Assembly (NCBI RefSeq): GCF_001194135.2
Contig: NC_068983.1
Coordinates: 158,071,102-158,135,101, forward strand
Direction of reading: 5' to 3'
Source: Octopus bimaculoides
Taxonomy: Eukaryota
DNA length: 64,000 bases
This document shows, one piece after another, positions 52,116-64,000 of the stretch. Each line of letters opens with the position of its first letter. The stretch's first letter is position 1. The notes beneath the pieces are model-generated. The model was given only the letters and a program-made list of their open reading frames with translations. It was not told the DNA's origin and searched no databases. The position numbers and the translations under genes were made by a program.

Positions 52116-55026
52116 AGAAAGTTTATTATTAGATTTATTCTATATAAAAGCTGTAGAAAAGTTCTGGTAGATTGGAGTAGGTGCATCTTCAAGATAATAA
52201 TTACATGTGTTTATATCTGTGCAAGGGCGTATATGTTACTGATCCTGTTCAAACTTCCGGTATTTTATGAACCACAGTCTCTGAATATATCAGAATATAT
52301 TTAGTCTAAATATTATAGTTACTTCGATAATCATACGCACAAATATTCATACTTAGACTGTATAATAATTCTATAATTAAACATAGATATGTACACAAAT
52401 ATATTCTCATGAATGAAATAGGCAAACGTCTAATGAAGAGATTTAGCGTCCTTATTATGGGATTAATGATACCATAATACGTACCAGGACACTATTTATT
52501 CCTCGACAACCCAACTATATCTTTCTTCAAGGAAAATAATTTCATTAAGTCATTTATATCGAGAAGTAAACAGAATCAGTAATGTCAAATATTAGTCATA
52601 GTATTTCTTATTATATCTTGATCATTTTTTAGAGTTACAGGGGTTTATCATAGCTAAGAAAAAATATTGATTCTTTTATAAGAAAATACTATTCATGTAT
52701 GTTCTATGAAACAATGCGTCTCGGCGGAAGAAGGTGGTTTTGTATTGAGAGTAAACTGTATTGCTCTACTTCACGAGAGGGCATTTAGTTCAAAATATGT
52801 TTTACCAGAAATTTAACAATGACTACTCTTTTGGTTGTTATTATCGTTTTTGTTTTTCATATTTGTATACTAGTCTATGCAATAAAACTGTTACGTGTAC
52901 AACGTATTGTATTGAATATTTGGGTGTATAATGATAAGTAAGTACTTGCACAGTATATACCAATTCATTATTTATGGGAAGAGAGAGAAGGAGAGAGATA
53001 GAAAAAAATAAGGATGTTTGATAAGAGCGTGAAATTACTGCAAAACTAGGTATTGAGAAATTTAGTACAAGAATTTTTTAAAAATCATTAATCTAACAAA
53101 AGCCCCGCGCTAAAAATTAAATAAAATCTACATTGCATTTCTATTTCCTTTGTATTGTGTAGGAATGGCAAGTTTTTATCTTCACTAGAGTCTGAAACTT
53201 CATATACCTATTTTCTACTGAATTTTATTCAGTGTTCTTCGTCATACAAATATAATGCTTTTTATTCTACCTATTTCCTGCTGGTGAATAAAAATATATT
53301 TGGACCACTTGAAACCTAACTAAAACGAGATCAAATTTAATCAGTTTATCCAGAGGACTATCAAAAAATAATAGCAATTAGTAGAAAGAAAGCCGACAAT
53401 TTGTCAGAAAAGTTCGAATAATATATGTAGAAGACATTTTTTACTTTAGGAATATAAAATTCCTTGAATTGTAATCTTGTCACCTTTCATCGGTCTGAAA
53501 AAGTTATTAACGAAGCGAAGTTGGCAAGAAGTAGAATATAAACGAAACGAAGTGGTTTACATAAAATTATTTTACAAGAAATTTGATTGGTTGCTTATCT
53601 GTTTTTCCACGTGTGAAATTTACTGGAATTATTAAAATAATGAGCGATTTTGTCAGTTGTTATCTGAGAAGTCTGTAATATTTTTTTATCTTTTATTGTC
53701 TCAATCAATTTAAATGTCAAACCTCAGTTTTGAAATGTATTCTGAATTATTGATACGTTCAGATGCATTCGATCACTGACCCTCCCTTAACATTTACATT
53801 TCAGAATGGCATTTAATCAATTGCCTTTTATAGCCGACAGTTTTCTGTTTGATATGTTTATACATATTTTCTTGATACTATATTTAGTTCTATGCTATTT
53901 CGAACGATTTTATGAAACTATATTAAAATGCAGTCATTTTTCACACGTAGATATACATTTAAGTGCTTCGCAGCTACATCGAGTTCGATTACTCTACACG
54001 GAATCTTGAAAAAATATCTTCTTAGTCTTAGGTTGACGAATACGTTTGCAATGAAAACTGGATTGATACTGTTGGTGAAACTCACTTTTTTAAAAAATCT
54101 AGGATATTTGAATCATTTCAGTTTCTTGTTTGTTTTACTTTCGAAATTTAAAAACTGAAACTCATCTCTTCTAGTCGGATTAGTCGATAGGGTCCAGAAG
54201 ATGGCCTTTAGACATTAGTTTTCAAAATGCAACATTTGTTAGTTTTCAAATAACGTCTTTCGGTCTTAAATAAATACAAAATGGCAAACAAAGAATTAGT
54301 TATTAACGTAATATTTCGGCCATTTGCTATTATTTTGTCCGGTGACATTTTCGTCCCCCAAATTGTGGACTTTTTAAAACTTTTATTCCCTGTGCTTTAT
54401 TTCTATTCAACTGCGTTACTACCCCAACTCACTATGTGGCTTTATTTTTGTCAAACTGGAAGCTACATTCAATGCAATGCCAGGTTGCTTATTTGTAGAC
54501 TTATAAATCTTTTAAATCGCGCTCCGACTATATATTACATTAATTACATAATTCCGCCGATCTGACCGTGTTGCTAGAGAAGAGAAGCCTGCAATCACGT
54601 TTACCTGCAATACCAAAGGAGCCATAGTCACAGAATGAACCAAGCTGCAAGTGCTTTGAGTTCTAAAGAATTTAACGCAATTATGTAGAAGGTACAATAT
54701 AATGATATAATCAGTGATGTATGTCTGGTCATCCAAAGTAGAAAACTAGCAAAAGTACATATGTTTTCCTATAGCTAAATAGAATCACTATATTCCATTA
54801 TATTCTCTGTTTGAGTTAAGTTGTAGACGAGCAGACTCAAGTGCATTTGAATACTGCAATTAAATGGTGTTATGGCGAGGGAAAATAACATTGGTGCTGA
54901 TCACAATAATGGGAATAATACTCGAAGTAGATACAAAGTAATGGATTTATCAAAGAAATGAGAATGGGTTTCAAGGACTGCTCATATTTAATGATTATTA
55001 TTTTTATTGTTTCCGTATCTTTAGAT

Positions 55027-55080
55027 GTGTCCTTGACTGTGTTTTGATGGGTACTTTTTCCCATCGTCTTCAGGTGACAC
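55027..55080 (-). ncRNA. Degenerate minimal type I hammerhead ribozyme motif (Penelope-type)
   Basis: GUGUCAC-CUGAAGA-C-GAUGGG(AAAAAGUA)CCCAUC-AAAAC-ACA-GUC-AAGGACAC: perfect 6-bp stem II and a GUC cleavage triplet, but G12 is changed to A and stem I is imperfect. Confidence 0.45.
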
Positions 55081-56606
55081 TTCTTGTCATGAAGACAGGG
55101 GAACACTGATTGAAATATTCAACAACATATCTAAAGTTACAAAAGAGTCCGAAAAACACATCATCATAAACTCCTCCAGGATAAAAAAGATATGTAAGTT
55201 TTGTCTGAAATGATGTTCCAGTTTTCATTGCTAAGTTATTAATTAGTCCGAGGCTATCATAGAAGACGTTTCCTAAGATGACACAAAGAGGAATCGAACT
55301 CGGTTGCGAAGAGAATTTCTTAAGTGCACTTTTATGCCATTCTTCTTTAGGGAAGAAAAGAAAACAAAAAAGAAGAAAGTCTGAGCTGATGAAAAATATT
55401 TGTATTGAGTACATTATATCATCAGCAAATGAAAACTATTGACTTGAATTTAACGCAATTCTGGGAAACTACCGAAAGAGGGAGAATAAAGAAAAGAATG
55501 CTTGAAGAAATGATGTGATTATTGTGTTCAAAGAGAGAGGAGGAAAAATAGGTGCAGACAGTAAGGAAGATTTTGAAATATGAATGAGCGGATAAGGGAA
55601 CGCGTGGGTGAGGGTATGTGAGTTCGAGTGAGTGAGTGAATGAATGAATCTATGAGTGTGTTAGATAGACAGAAGAATGGAATAAAGCAATGTCACATTT
55701 TCCTGTTTAAGACATTTTTTAATCTCTAATTGGTCTTAAGAGTGTGACATTTTAGTATTTTATTTTGTTTTATATTTTAGCTGAATCTGCTATTTTTTTT
55801 CGTTTATCTCTTACGAAGTTTAGCTATACAACAATCAGTATGTATTCTAGCAAAATCGTTTAAATTCGCCTAACACGCTCCCCGCACTCTTAAATCAACA
55901 TTTATTTTGTAGTGCATTTGTCATTTAGACACACGAATACTTGAATTGGGAAAATGATGTTTGTTTATCAAAAGTAAAAAATGTTTATATAATAGTGTGT
56001 CAATTAACGTTTTTTTATGTCTTAGTCTACTTAATTTGCGGGCAATTTACAACAAATAAGTGTTAAGTATCTCATCTTAAATTGAAATGCCAAATTCGTA
56101 TCAGTGTCATTTATTTTTAAAGATTCTCTGTTAGCAAATATATATTTAGTTATTATTCATTTACTTGGCAAATTTACATTCATTTATTATATTAAATGGA
56201 AATTGAAGAAATTTAACACAAAATCTATTGTAATTATATAAAATGTTTCATTTGCAATGTAATACCTAGAATGTAAAGCATAAATTAAAATGCTTCAGTT
56301 TTATAGGAGTGGGAAAATAGTCTATTTTGACACCCATTTCCAAAACATTAAGAATAAAACATATCCACAAAAGAGCCGAAACATTAGAAACTTTGGTCGA
56401 TATGAACTTAGGAACACAACGGCGCCCGTCGTATAAAAAAATATAATTTGGTATGTTAACTGCATGATTATGAAGTTCGCTTTGCACTGTATGGGATTCC
56501 CTCTGCACAGCACACTAGACAACTGTATTCTACAACAATAAACGCATGTTCGTAAATAACTTCAGTGGAGTTTGTAAGACAGAAACTTCTAAGAAGGCTG
56601 ACTACA

Positions 56607-56637
<31 letters not shown>

Positions 56638-58555
56638 GTATATACATGTGTATGTGCGTGCGTGTCTGTCTATGTGTATAAACATGTGTTACAAATAAAA
56701 CTTCGCTAGAAGGTGGCGTTATACGCATTCACATGAGGAACACTACAGTATTTCAATTAATGACCTGCTCAACATTTTCAACACTACATCATTCTAAAAT
56801 CCAATCTCGGAAACAATTTTCTGAAAGCAGAATCTGTAAATCGACCATCTCTTTCACCACCACCACTAACAACAACAACAACACTACATAAGATACAAAC
56901 AACTATCACTCACAACGAATATAAACATCACACACACACTGAAGACGGACACTTTAGAAATTATATCGACGCCATTCACAGCACATATGCATCACGTTCC
57001 GTGAGGGTAAAAATAAGGTTACTATATGCACAATATATTTGATCCATCATGTATTATACCAACCTTGCTTACGTTTGTAGCTTCTCCACCACAAACTACA
57101 AAACATACAAGACAGTTCAATATGTAACATCACAGGTTGTACCGACCACGCTCACAGACTACTTGCATAATGAAAGAAAAAATATTCAAAAGGAAATATC
57201 AACTGGATGAGCAGTTGGTATTTGATTCAGTAATAGAGTGTTACTGAAACAATCTCCATCCTTCAAAATCCGTTCACTAGTGTGCAAGAACTCCCAGTCA
57301 CCTTGGTAAAATTACAATGTCCTAAAACATTACAATAAAACTATTCTAAAAAATCCTGCACAGAAACACATTAAACATAAAATTTGCAACAGATCATTGT
57401 GTTAGGTTGTATAATAGCAGCGATGCGTACAAAGAAGCAACATTGTCTCGTTGTGACCAAGTCTACCTTGCTCGCTCTGTTTGGCGATTACTAGTACCTA
57501 CCATCATACACATGAGCATATGCAGAAGTGTGGTCGTTCGACCTCCAAGAAATTAGTCAAATCTCCCTCAAATTATACTTTACTGTCTTAAATAAAGCTA
57601 CTTTGGACAATATAGTTCTACATAACCCTAAAAAGACATGGTGATCAGGGCTAATATGCATTTGCTTATAGGTATACTTATTCAGGACTGATTTGGGGCT
57701 AAACACGCAAAACATGTGTCATACAATGGAGATGTTTGAAGAAAAGAGAATATTTGCTGATGTAATTTTATGAACTGTACTAGCCTGGATTTAGCCCGTC
57801 AGCTATTTGCGACATTATCCAGTAGTTAATTACTGTTTTTCTATATCAGTAGAAGCAAAATTTGTCTAAATATACCGCTGATAATGGATACTTGCTACCG
57901 ATGACGCACAAAGACGCAGAAATCCGGACGTTTTCGCCTGTTACTGATATACTTCTATGTTTTTTTTAGATCTATACGTCTCCATGAGGTGCTTTTTGGA
58001 GACTAACAGCACAGTGTTGAAGCTTTCTACAGTATATGCACAGTAAGATATACAGAATGATATTCTGAACTAATACTGCTTCCTTTGCTAATAATAGGAC
58101 AGTGGTTGTAGGAGAACCAACATGTTCAGCTAGACTAGTAGATGCTGGAGTACAGGGTATAGGTTCCCTCTATGTGTAGGTCCAGTATATCTGAAACAAT
58201 AGATTTAGGGTGACATCTAGTCATCCTGCCGATTAGCTAAATGCTGTATGTCTTTTCCACTGAGCTAATATGCGTCTAGAAAACAATATCAATTACTAAA
58301 AAATTGTGTCTTTTGAGGACGATTTGAAAAGTACCAGAGAAAAGTCTTCTATAGATAGTTTTGACCGGAAAATAGCTAATACTGAAATAATAGTTCAAGA
58401 TGAGTGAAAAATATGTGTGTGTGAGTGTGTGTATGCACTCATATACACATAAACATGTTCACATATGCACACGTACATAAAAATCGAGCGTCAATAAAGC
58501 GCGCGCCCATTCAGACTCAGAAACAAGCACATTCATACGTATATGTTATATTCTA

Positions 58556-59252
58556 TGATTTTGTGAACTTGTGTACTGTCCGTTCCTTTAATTAGATAGA
58601 CTTAATAGGTGGACCCATGACTGTCTGCGCTGATCACTGGCTCTTGAACTTCTTAGGCCTTGGAGATGAGGTATAACACAAATGCGTGAATTGAGTTTCG
58701 TTTCAGTATTCTAACTATACGGCTACTCTTTATTCCCATTCTACTAGATAGGAAAAGTGTCTTCTTTGACTTCAAGCGCTCCCAGCCGATCCGAACGGAG
58801 CAGACAGCGATATTAATCTCCTTCAAATCGTGTGCCAACTGCCTAGGTGTCACTTTACACGCACTTTCCAATATTCAAAATTGCACTGTGACCATAGTTC
58901 AGGTCTGCAATGAGCTTACGAATAGTGACCTGTCTGTCCTCGCGAATAATTTCGCCCATTTGCTTGTGGTTCGCGTCGGTGGTCATAGTTGATGCTCTCC
59001 CACTGCATGATTTGACAGCATTGTGATTTTGTGAACTTGTGTACTGTCCATTTCTTTAGATAGGTTTGATGGACGGACTCATGACTGTCTGCGCTGATCA
59101 CTGACTCTTGAATTTCTTAGACCTTGGACATTGTTCCTGACATTGGTGTCGTCTTCATAAACAACCAATAGTCTTTTGGAGATATCGGACAGCCTGCACT
59201 CCTCCTTTGTTAGTGACTTGATGACGACAGCATACTTCAGCTCGGAATCCAT
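58556..59252 (-). pseudogene. Mariner transposase pseudogene (N-terminal HTH region) with an internal duplication
   Basis: ATG at 59252: MDSELKYAVIKSLTKEECRLSDISKRLLVVYEDD; further on SCSGRASTMTTDANHKQMGEIIREDRQVTIRKLIADL and KVTPRQLAHDL (degenerate KV.ARWVP..L); 58556-58647 duplicates 59024-59131. Confidence 0.8.
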
Positions 59253-60500
59253 TATTTACTTGAAAGTAAGAAGAGCAGGAAGAAGAGTTAAGACGGAGGA
59301 AGAGTTATTCTATTGACCTGCGCCATTTTAATGACGTTTATCAGTTAATGAAAAAGTTATGCCTACATTTGCATAACTTTCGGGATACATCTCGTGAAAA
59401 TGTACACACATACATAAGTTCACACACATACTTATATTCACACATATACATATATACATACATACGCACACAAACACAAATGTACAAAATCACACAAGTG
59501 CATACGTACAAACACATACACAAACATTTCTGTGCGTGTGTATAAGTAATTATGTAAGTATATAACAGTACATACTTCAAAACGAGAAGACATCCTAAGC
59601 AGATATTAGGAAATTCTTAAAATACTGAAATATCTTTCGTAAGAACAAGATTATTTTTCATCGCGATAGCTATTTTCTGTACATTAAGTTTAATGGTATC
59701 AAAATTATCAGAAACTAAATACTTACATAGGGTCCTAACATATTTTGCTGCCGCTTGGTAACATTCTTCATCATTCATACTCACTTAAACGACTGGTATG
59801 TTGACCTAACAAACATTCGCCTACTAAATTTAGAAACGGTGTTCCTTTGAAAGTTCAAAAGTCAAACACCAGCGCAAAAGATTACTAAATGCTTGATTCA
59901 CTTCACAGTTGTGTGATGTTTTCTAGTATATCACCTGAAATATCAAAATACTGTTCAAGCACAAGACTAAGATTTGTCAGTAAATACACAACCTTGGATG
60001 TTTTCATTTTTGCATCTCTTATTATCAATGTTTAAAAAATCAGAAGAGCAAGTAGTTAGGTAGAAATAAATTTTCTTTTTATTAGTTCCTTTACCTCATA
60101 ACAAATATTCCATTCATTTTATAACACCATTATATGAATCAGATGCTATGTAGAAATAAAATGGTGTACCTATTAATATATGATTTAAATCACCGTATAC
60201 CTTAGCCAAATACATAAATATGTGTAAATAGGTGGACAGCATTTAGTCTGATTTTACATGTTAAGAAATTTGATAGATACTGGAATAATAACATTTTCAA
60301 TATATTTTCCAAACTATTTTCATATCAAATATTGACTATTCTTAGTTTTTTTTTGTCATGTTTATGATAAGGACTTCATTTGCTGAAATCAGATACTGTA
60401 AGTGTAAAGATTTTTTTCTTTTCAGTTCTATCATTCATACAAGTTCAAATATGTCTTTTTAACTCTAATTGATTCAAAGCTCCATGAATACTATAATATT

Positions 60501-60646
60501 CAACAGCGTAGCGTGGGGGGTGTACGGGCTGTGTGGATCGCACAGGGTGGCCACTTTATAGACACAAAGGTATGTAGCGTTTAAGAAAGGGAGCGGCCAA
60601 TTTGGCTGTCTCACAGGGGCGGCCAAAACCGACTATACGATGTTGC
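60501..60646. mobile_element. Short GC-rich MITE-like element, possibly hAT-type
   Basis: CAACAGCGTA / TACGATGTTG inverted ends (9/10) around GGGGGG and GGGCGGCC motifs; no clear TSD. Confidence 0.4.
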
Positions 60647-60959
60647 TCTTTAATAGTTTAGATCTACTGAATAGGAACAATTGAAAGCGATATGAAGTTC
60701 TAGTTTTGTAATCAAAAGTTGACAACCGAGGGAATGTAAGGAGAGAAATGACTTTTTAATTATTTAAAACCTTCATAGCGTTAAAACATTAACATTTATT
60801 TTTCAATATTTTTGAATATGTTTGAATGGATGGAGTGAAAAAGCCCTATGGTAGTTTTTGGTAGACACAAGGTATATTTTTGAGGCTGACTGAATTGGCT
60901 TTACTTAAATTACTCTTTTACTCGTTTCAGTCTGAAAATTATGGCCAGGCTGGAACACC

Positions 60960-61480
60960 AGAATTGTTATTGCTAATCTTAACTCGTCGGTTCGTTTTTG
61001 AAAGATAAGACAGTTTCACGTTGCTGCTCCAATTCGCGTTTCTTGCTAGGAAGTCGGTTCATCTGGAATCTCAGATAAGATGTCCAAATGTCTCTCGAAA
61101 ATCCACATCCATACCATGTAAATCTCCCAAACTTTTTGTCAGAATCTTAAAGCGTTGGGAGCTTTTGAAACCTTAACTATTGAAGTATTTGATTCTAACT
61201 CTAGATGTCAAAGCAAGGACCTTTGGCATCATCCGGTGGTGTCCTTTTCGGGGATTTTTTTCTAGCTTTCAGTGCTAAAGTTTAGGGGCGAGCCCTTCGA
61301 ATATCTTCAAGGCGTATATTACTGTATATCGTTCGCTTCAAGGAAAAGAGTTTTAATTATTTCTGTCTCTCTCACCCTGTGATCTGCTGCAATCTATTTG
61401 TTGTAGTAGAGTTGGATTGTTTCCTGCTATGCAGTTAGCTTCACATTATGTGGTGATAATAATTGAGAGCACTAATCTTT
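60960..61480 (-). mobile_element. 3' end of a CR1/L2-clade LINE, decayed
   Basis: Minus strand GFKSSQRFKILTKSLGDLHGMDV ... LDILSEIPDEP matches the F.GP.LFN.LP..LR.L.G..V...LD..L..IPDEP C-terminal pattern. Confidence 0.65.
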
Positions 61481-62214
61481 ATAGACTTTGGGTACATAAA
61501 TATTAAAATTACTCACCATGAAATTCGATCCTCTGCACGTAGGACAAAATTGCTGCAAGGCAATTAATCAAGCTCTCTACTTTTTTGCTTACTCATCGCA
61601 TTATTTAAGGAATGCATTCATTACATTTATTTATCCATTTCATAAGTTTTTACACTGACTCTATAATTCGTTTTATATGTCAAAATTCACTTTGTAATTG
61701 TAAACAGGAAAAGAGAATTACAACACGGCATGAATAAATGTCTTTTTATTGCTGTAGATGGGGCATGAATATATTTCTAAATAGTATGTCTGCCAAGATA
61801 CTGAATGTGTTAAGCTGGAAATAAAACTGGTCCTCCAGAATGTGTGAATTTACGAAACTATTGAGAAGAATTAGAAATAATCATTGCGTTGAGTTGTTGA
61901 ACTCTGACATTGTCACTGATAGTTCACGTCGATTGTGAGTATTTTATCAAAAGTAAACGAACGTCTTTGTACTGACTATATGCCTAAGCCAATCCCCTAT
62001 TTAGAATAAAACCAGAATAACCTGTGCAAAATTAACTTACTGTCAACTCGATGTATGTCAGCTAACATTGCACAGTTTCTTTAAAGAGCAACAAGAGAAT
62101 CTAATAATGAAAGAAAATGAATGCTCAAATCTAACTCCAATTACTTCTACTGCTTCAAATTTTCATTCTATTACTCCATAACTTATTCACCGTTTTTTTC
62201 TAATTCCATTAGCC

Positions 62215-62259
62215 CATGCTGTTGCTGTTGTTACAACAACAACAACAACAACAACAACA

Positions 62260-62320
<61 letters not shown>

Positions 62321-62352
62321 TCTATCTATCTATCTATCTATGTATCTATCTA
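62215..62352. repeat. Compound microsatellite (GCT/GTT)(ACA)n(ACT)n(ATCT)n
   Basis: Directly visible adjacent arrays. Confidence 0.95.
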
Positions 62353-64000
62353 TTGACAAACAGAGTGCTCACGTTCAATTCCTTGTTAACCAATTATCTT
62401 TCTTGACACACCGGACCAGCTATGCTGGTGGTAATTCCAAAGTCTTTTAGGATTATGGCTATATCATTCAATAAACTTTAAATTAATATATTAGTAGTAT
62501 CAAAATAATCATCAGCCTTCTAAGGATGCAAATATACAACATATATGAATTCTAAAGATCTGAAGATCTGTTGTTTCTACTAACTGTTCACCAAACATTG
62601 TGTAGACAATATCGAATTTTGTATCTTAATATAATACTTTCTCTTACCCTCTCTCTCTCTCTCTCTCTTTCCATACACACACACACAACCATAGTCGCAC
62701 ACACACAAAAAGCATACACACACAAAATACGTACACACACAACACATTTGTACACATGATCAAATAAGTATGCTGAGATGTAGCCATATGCATAGTTATC
62801 ATGTACTTAGTATCGTTGTAAAATTAAGGACCGTGGTTTAACCACGAAGCTTTCAGTAACTTAGAACAGGGATCGAAGTGACAGGATTCGCCTTTTTTAA
62901 CAGGCATTGCAGATAGCTTATCTCTACTTTTCAAACTTTTGTTTGAAGTAGTTTACAACTAGCAAAAATTCAAATAAAATTATGACAATACTCATATCTA
63001 TACAAAATTGATGGCTTGGTATTTGCAACTAGAATACAAGTTTCGTGTGCGTTATGGTTAAATGTTTATACTGAGTCATGTCTGTAACTTTAACATAAAC
63101 AGAAATGTATATGTGTAGATGTGAGTATGCGCATGCGAATAATATCTGCGCGACCGTGGTCTATGTTTGCATAATGGCTCTATTTCCATTAATAAAACTT
63201 CAAGCATTTCCTTCGATGTGAGTATGGGGGGATCCAGTCAGCGGAGACAGTGAACGTATCAACTTGTACTTATTTTATCATCTTAAGACTTCTTTCAATT
63301 ACACACGAAACAACTTAGTCGTCACCACTGACCTTTAGTTCCTCTTACACTCTCTGTTCCACAAACATATCGAATTCTTAAAATACATTCATCTGCATTC
63401 AAATCACCCTAAGAACATAATAAATATTTAAGGATTCTCCTCGGTAATATAAAAATTCACTATCTAAAAGTGACTTTAAGGCCAAGACAGTGCACATTGA
63501 CAAGGTAACATATATATGACTCAAAACAAGAATTGGCAAAGACAGATCTGTTAATATAGCCAATCTTACAACGTAACAGTCGCCTCCTAAATCTCTTCAC
63601 ATTCCTCGAAAATCATTTCCCTCACAATTTAGATGGTATCAAATTAAAAAAGAAAAAAAATCACTATTAAAATTTCCAACTCACCTTTTCGGAACTTTGG
63701 TCAGAAACGATAACATCTCGAAACAACCACCGAACACACAAGTCTAACAAACATTGTAATTGTCGCAAACCTGACTCATGCGCCGTAGACTCACAATACT
63801 TAAGTGGTTAACAATCAGTTCACTGTGCAGATAAACAACACCTCGAAAGTTTGAACTGAAATGGTATTGGACTCATCTAATCTTTGATACAACTCGCATA
63901 TCAACAGACACTCTAACAAATCCAAATAGACTTACTAACTACATACAACTGAGGGCTATCTCCATCTTTTAACTTGAACTGAAAAAATACTGGACCCCCC

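Larger units (their letters stand above)
57073..63822 (-). other. Possible spliced transcript entering from the right (candidate exons 63685-63822, 61517-61552, 59785-59805 or 59727-59805, 57073-57095)
   Basis: Strong minus-strand donors (GTGAGT at 63684, 61516 and 59784; GTAAGT at 59726; GTAAGC at 57072) pair with pyrimidine-rich acceptors. Several reading frames are open, so coding status is unresolved. Confidence 0.25.

Noticed and set aside
55074-55193. 120-nt plus-strand exon-like segment (GDTSCHEDRGTLIEIF...) with a strong acceptor and GTAAGT donor
   Set aside because: Its acceptor overlaps the antisense hammerhead/PLE terminal motif and it cannot be linked to other exons; not excluded, but unsupported
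56468-59778. Fleeting resemblance of minus-strand peptides (MNDEEC..., DWEF, TEVIYE...YSC) to ATG10
   Set aside because: The catalytic HPC and YSxSYxVPVLY motifs are absent; similarity is at chance level

Overview
AT-rich eukaryotic genomic DNA with N-gaps, dense microsatellites and many copies of two or three tRNA-derived SINE families. The SINE sequences and the (TTAGGG)n telomere-type repeat point to an octopus (coleoid cephalopod) short-read assembly; that taxon call is an inference. The one protein-coding feature I recognise is a 119-nt minus-strand exon (8362-8480) too short for the ORF track. It encodes a signal peptide ending in G-M-W-W with a phase-2 GTAAGT donor inside the second Trp, the hallmark of a Wnt first coding exon and most like Wnt6. 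The rest of that gene lies to the left of the window or in gaps. A CpG-rich, TE-poor promoter-like block follows at about 9.85-11.25 kb. The remaining ~52 kb is mainly repeats: SINEs (several with intact target-site duplications), mariner remnants and MITEs, two foldback elements (one built around a telomeric array), decayed Penelope-like elements with hammerhead-ribozyme-like motifs, decayed R4/Dong-, RTE- and CR1-like LINEs, and a possible Gypsy integrase relic. Two chains of short splice-bounded open segments (plus strand 10.5-28.6 kb; minus strand 57-63.8 kb) could be genes, but I recognise no homology and they may be chance assemblies. Almost all ORFs in the supplied track are artefacts of gaps and microsatellites. 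No CRISPR, rRNA or true tRNA gene was found, and no clearly new system is demonstrated. The best leads are the hammerhead-bearing Penelope terminal repeat, the telomere-containing foldback element, a 135-nt hairpin and the Wnt upstream region.
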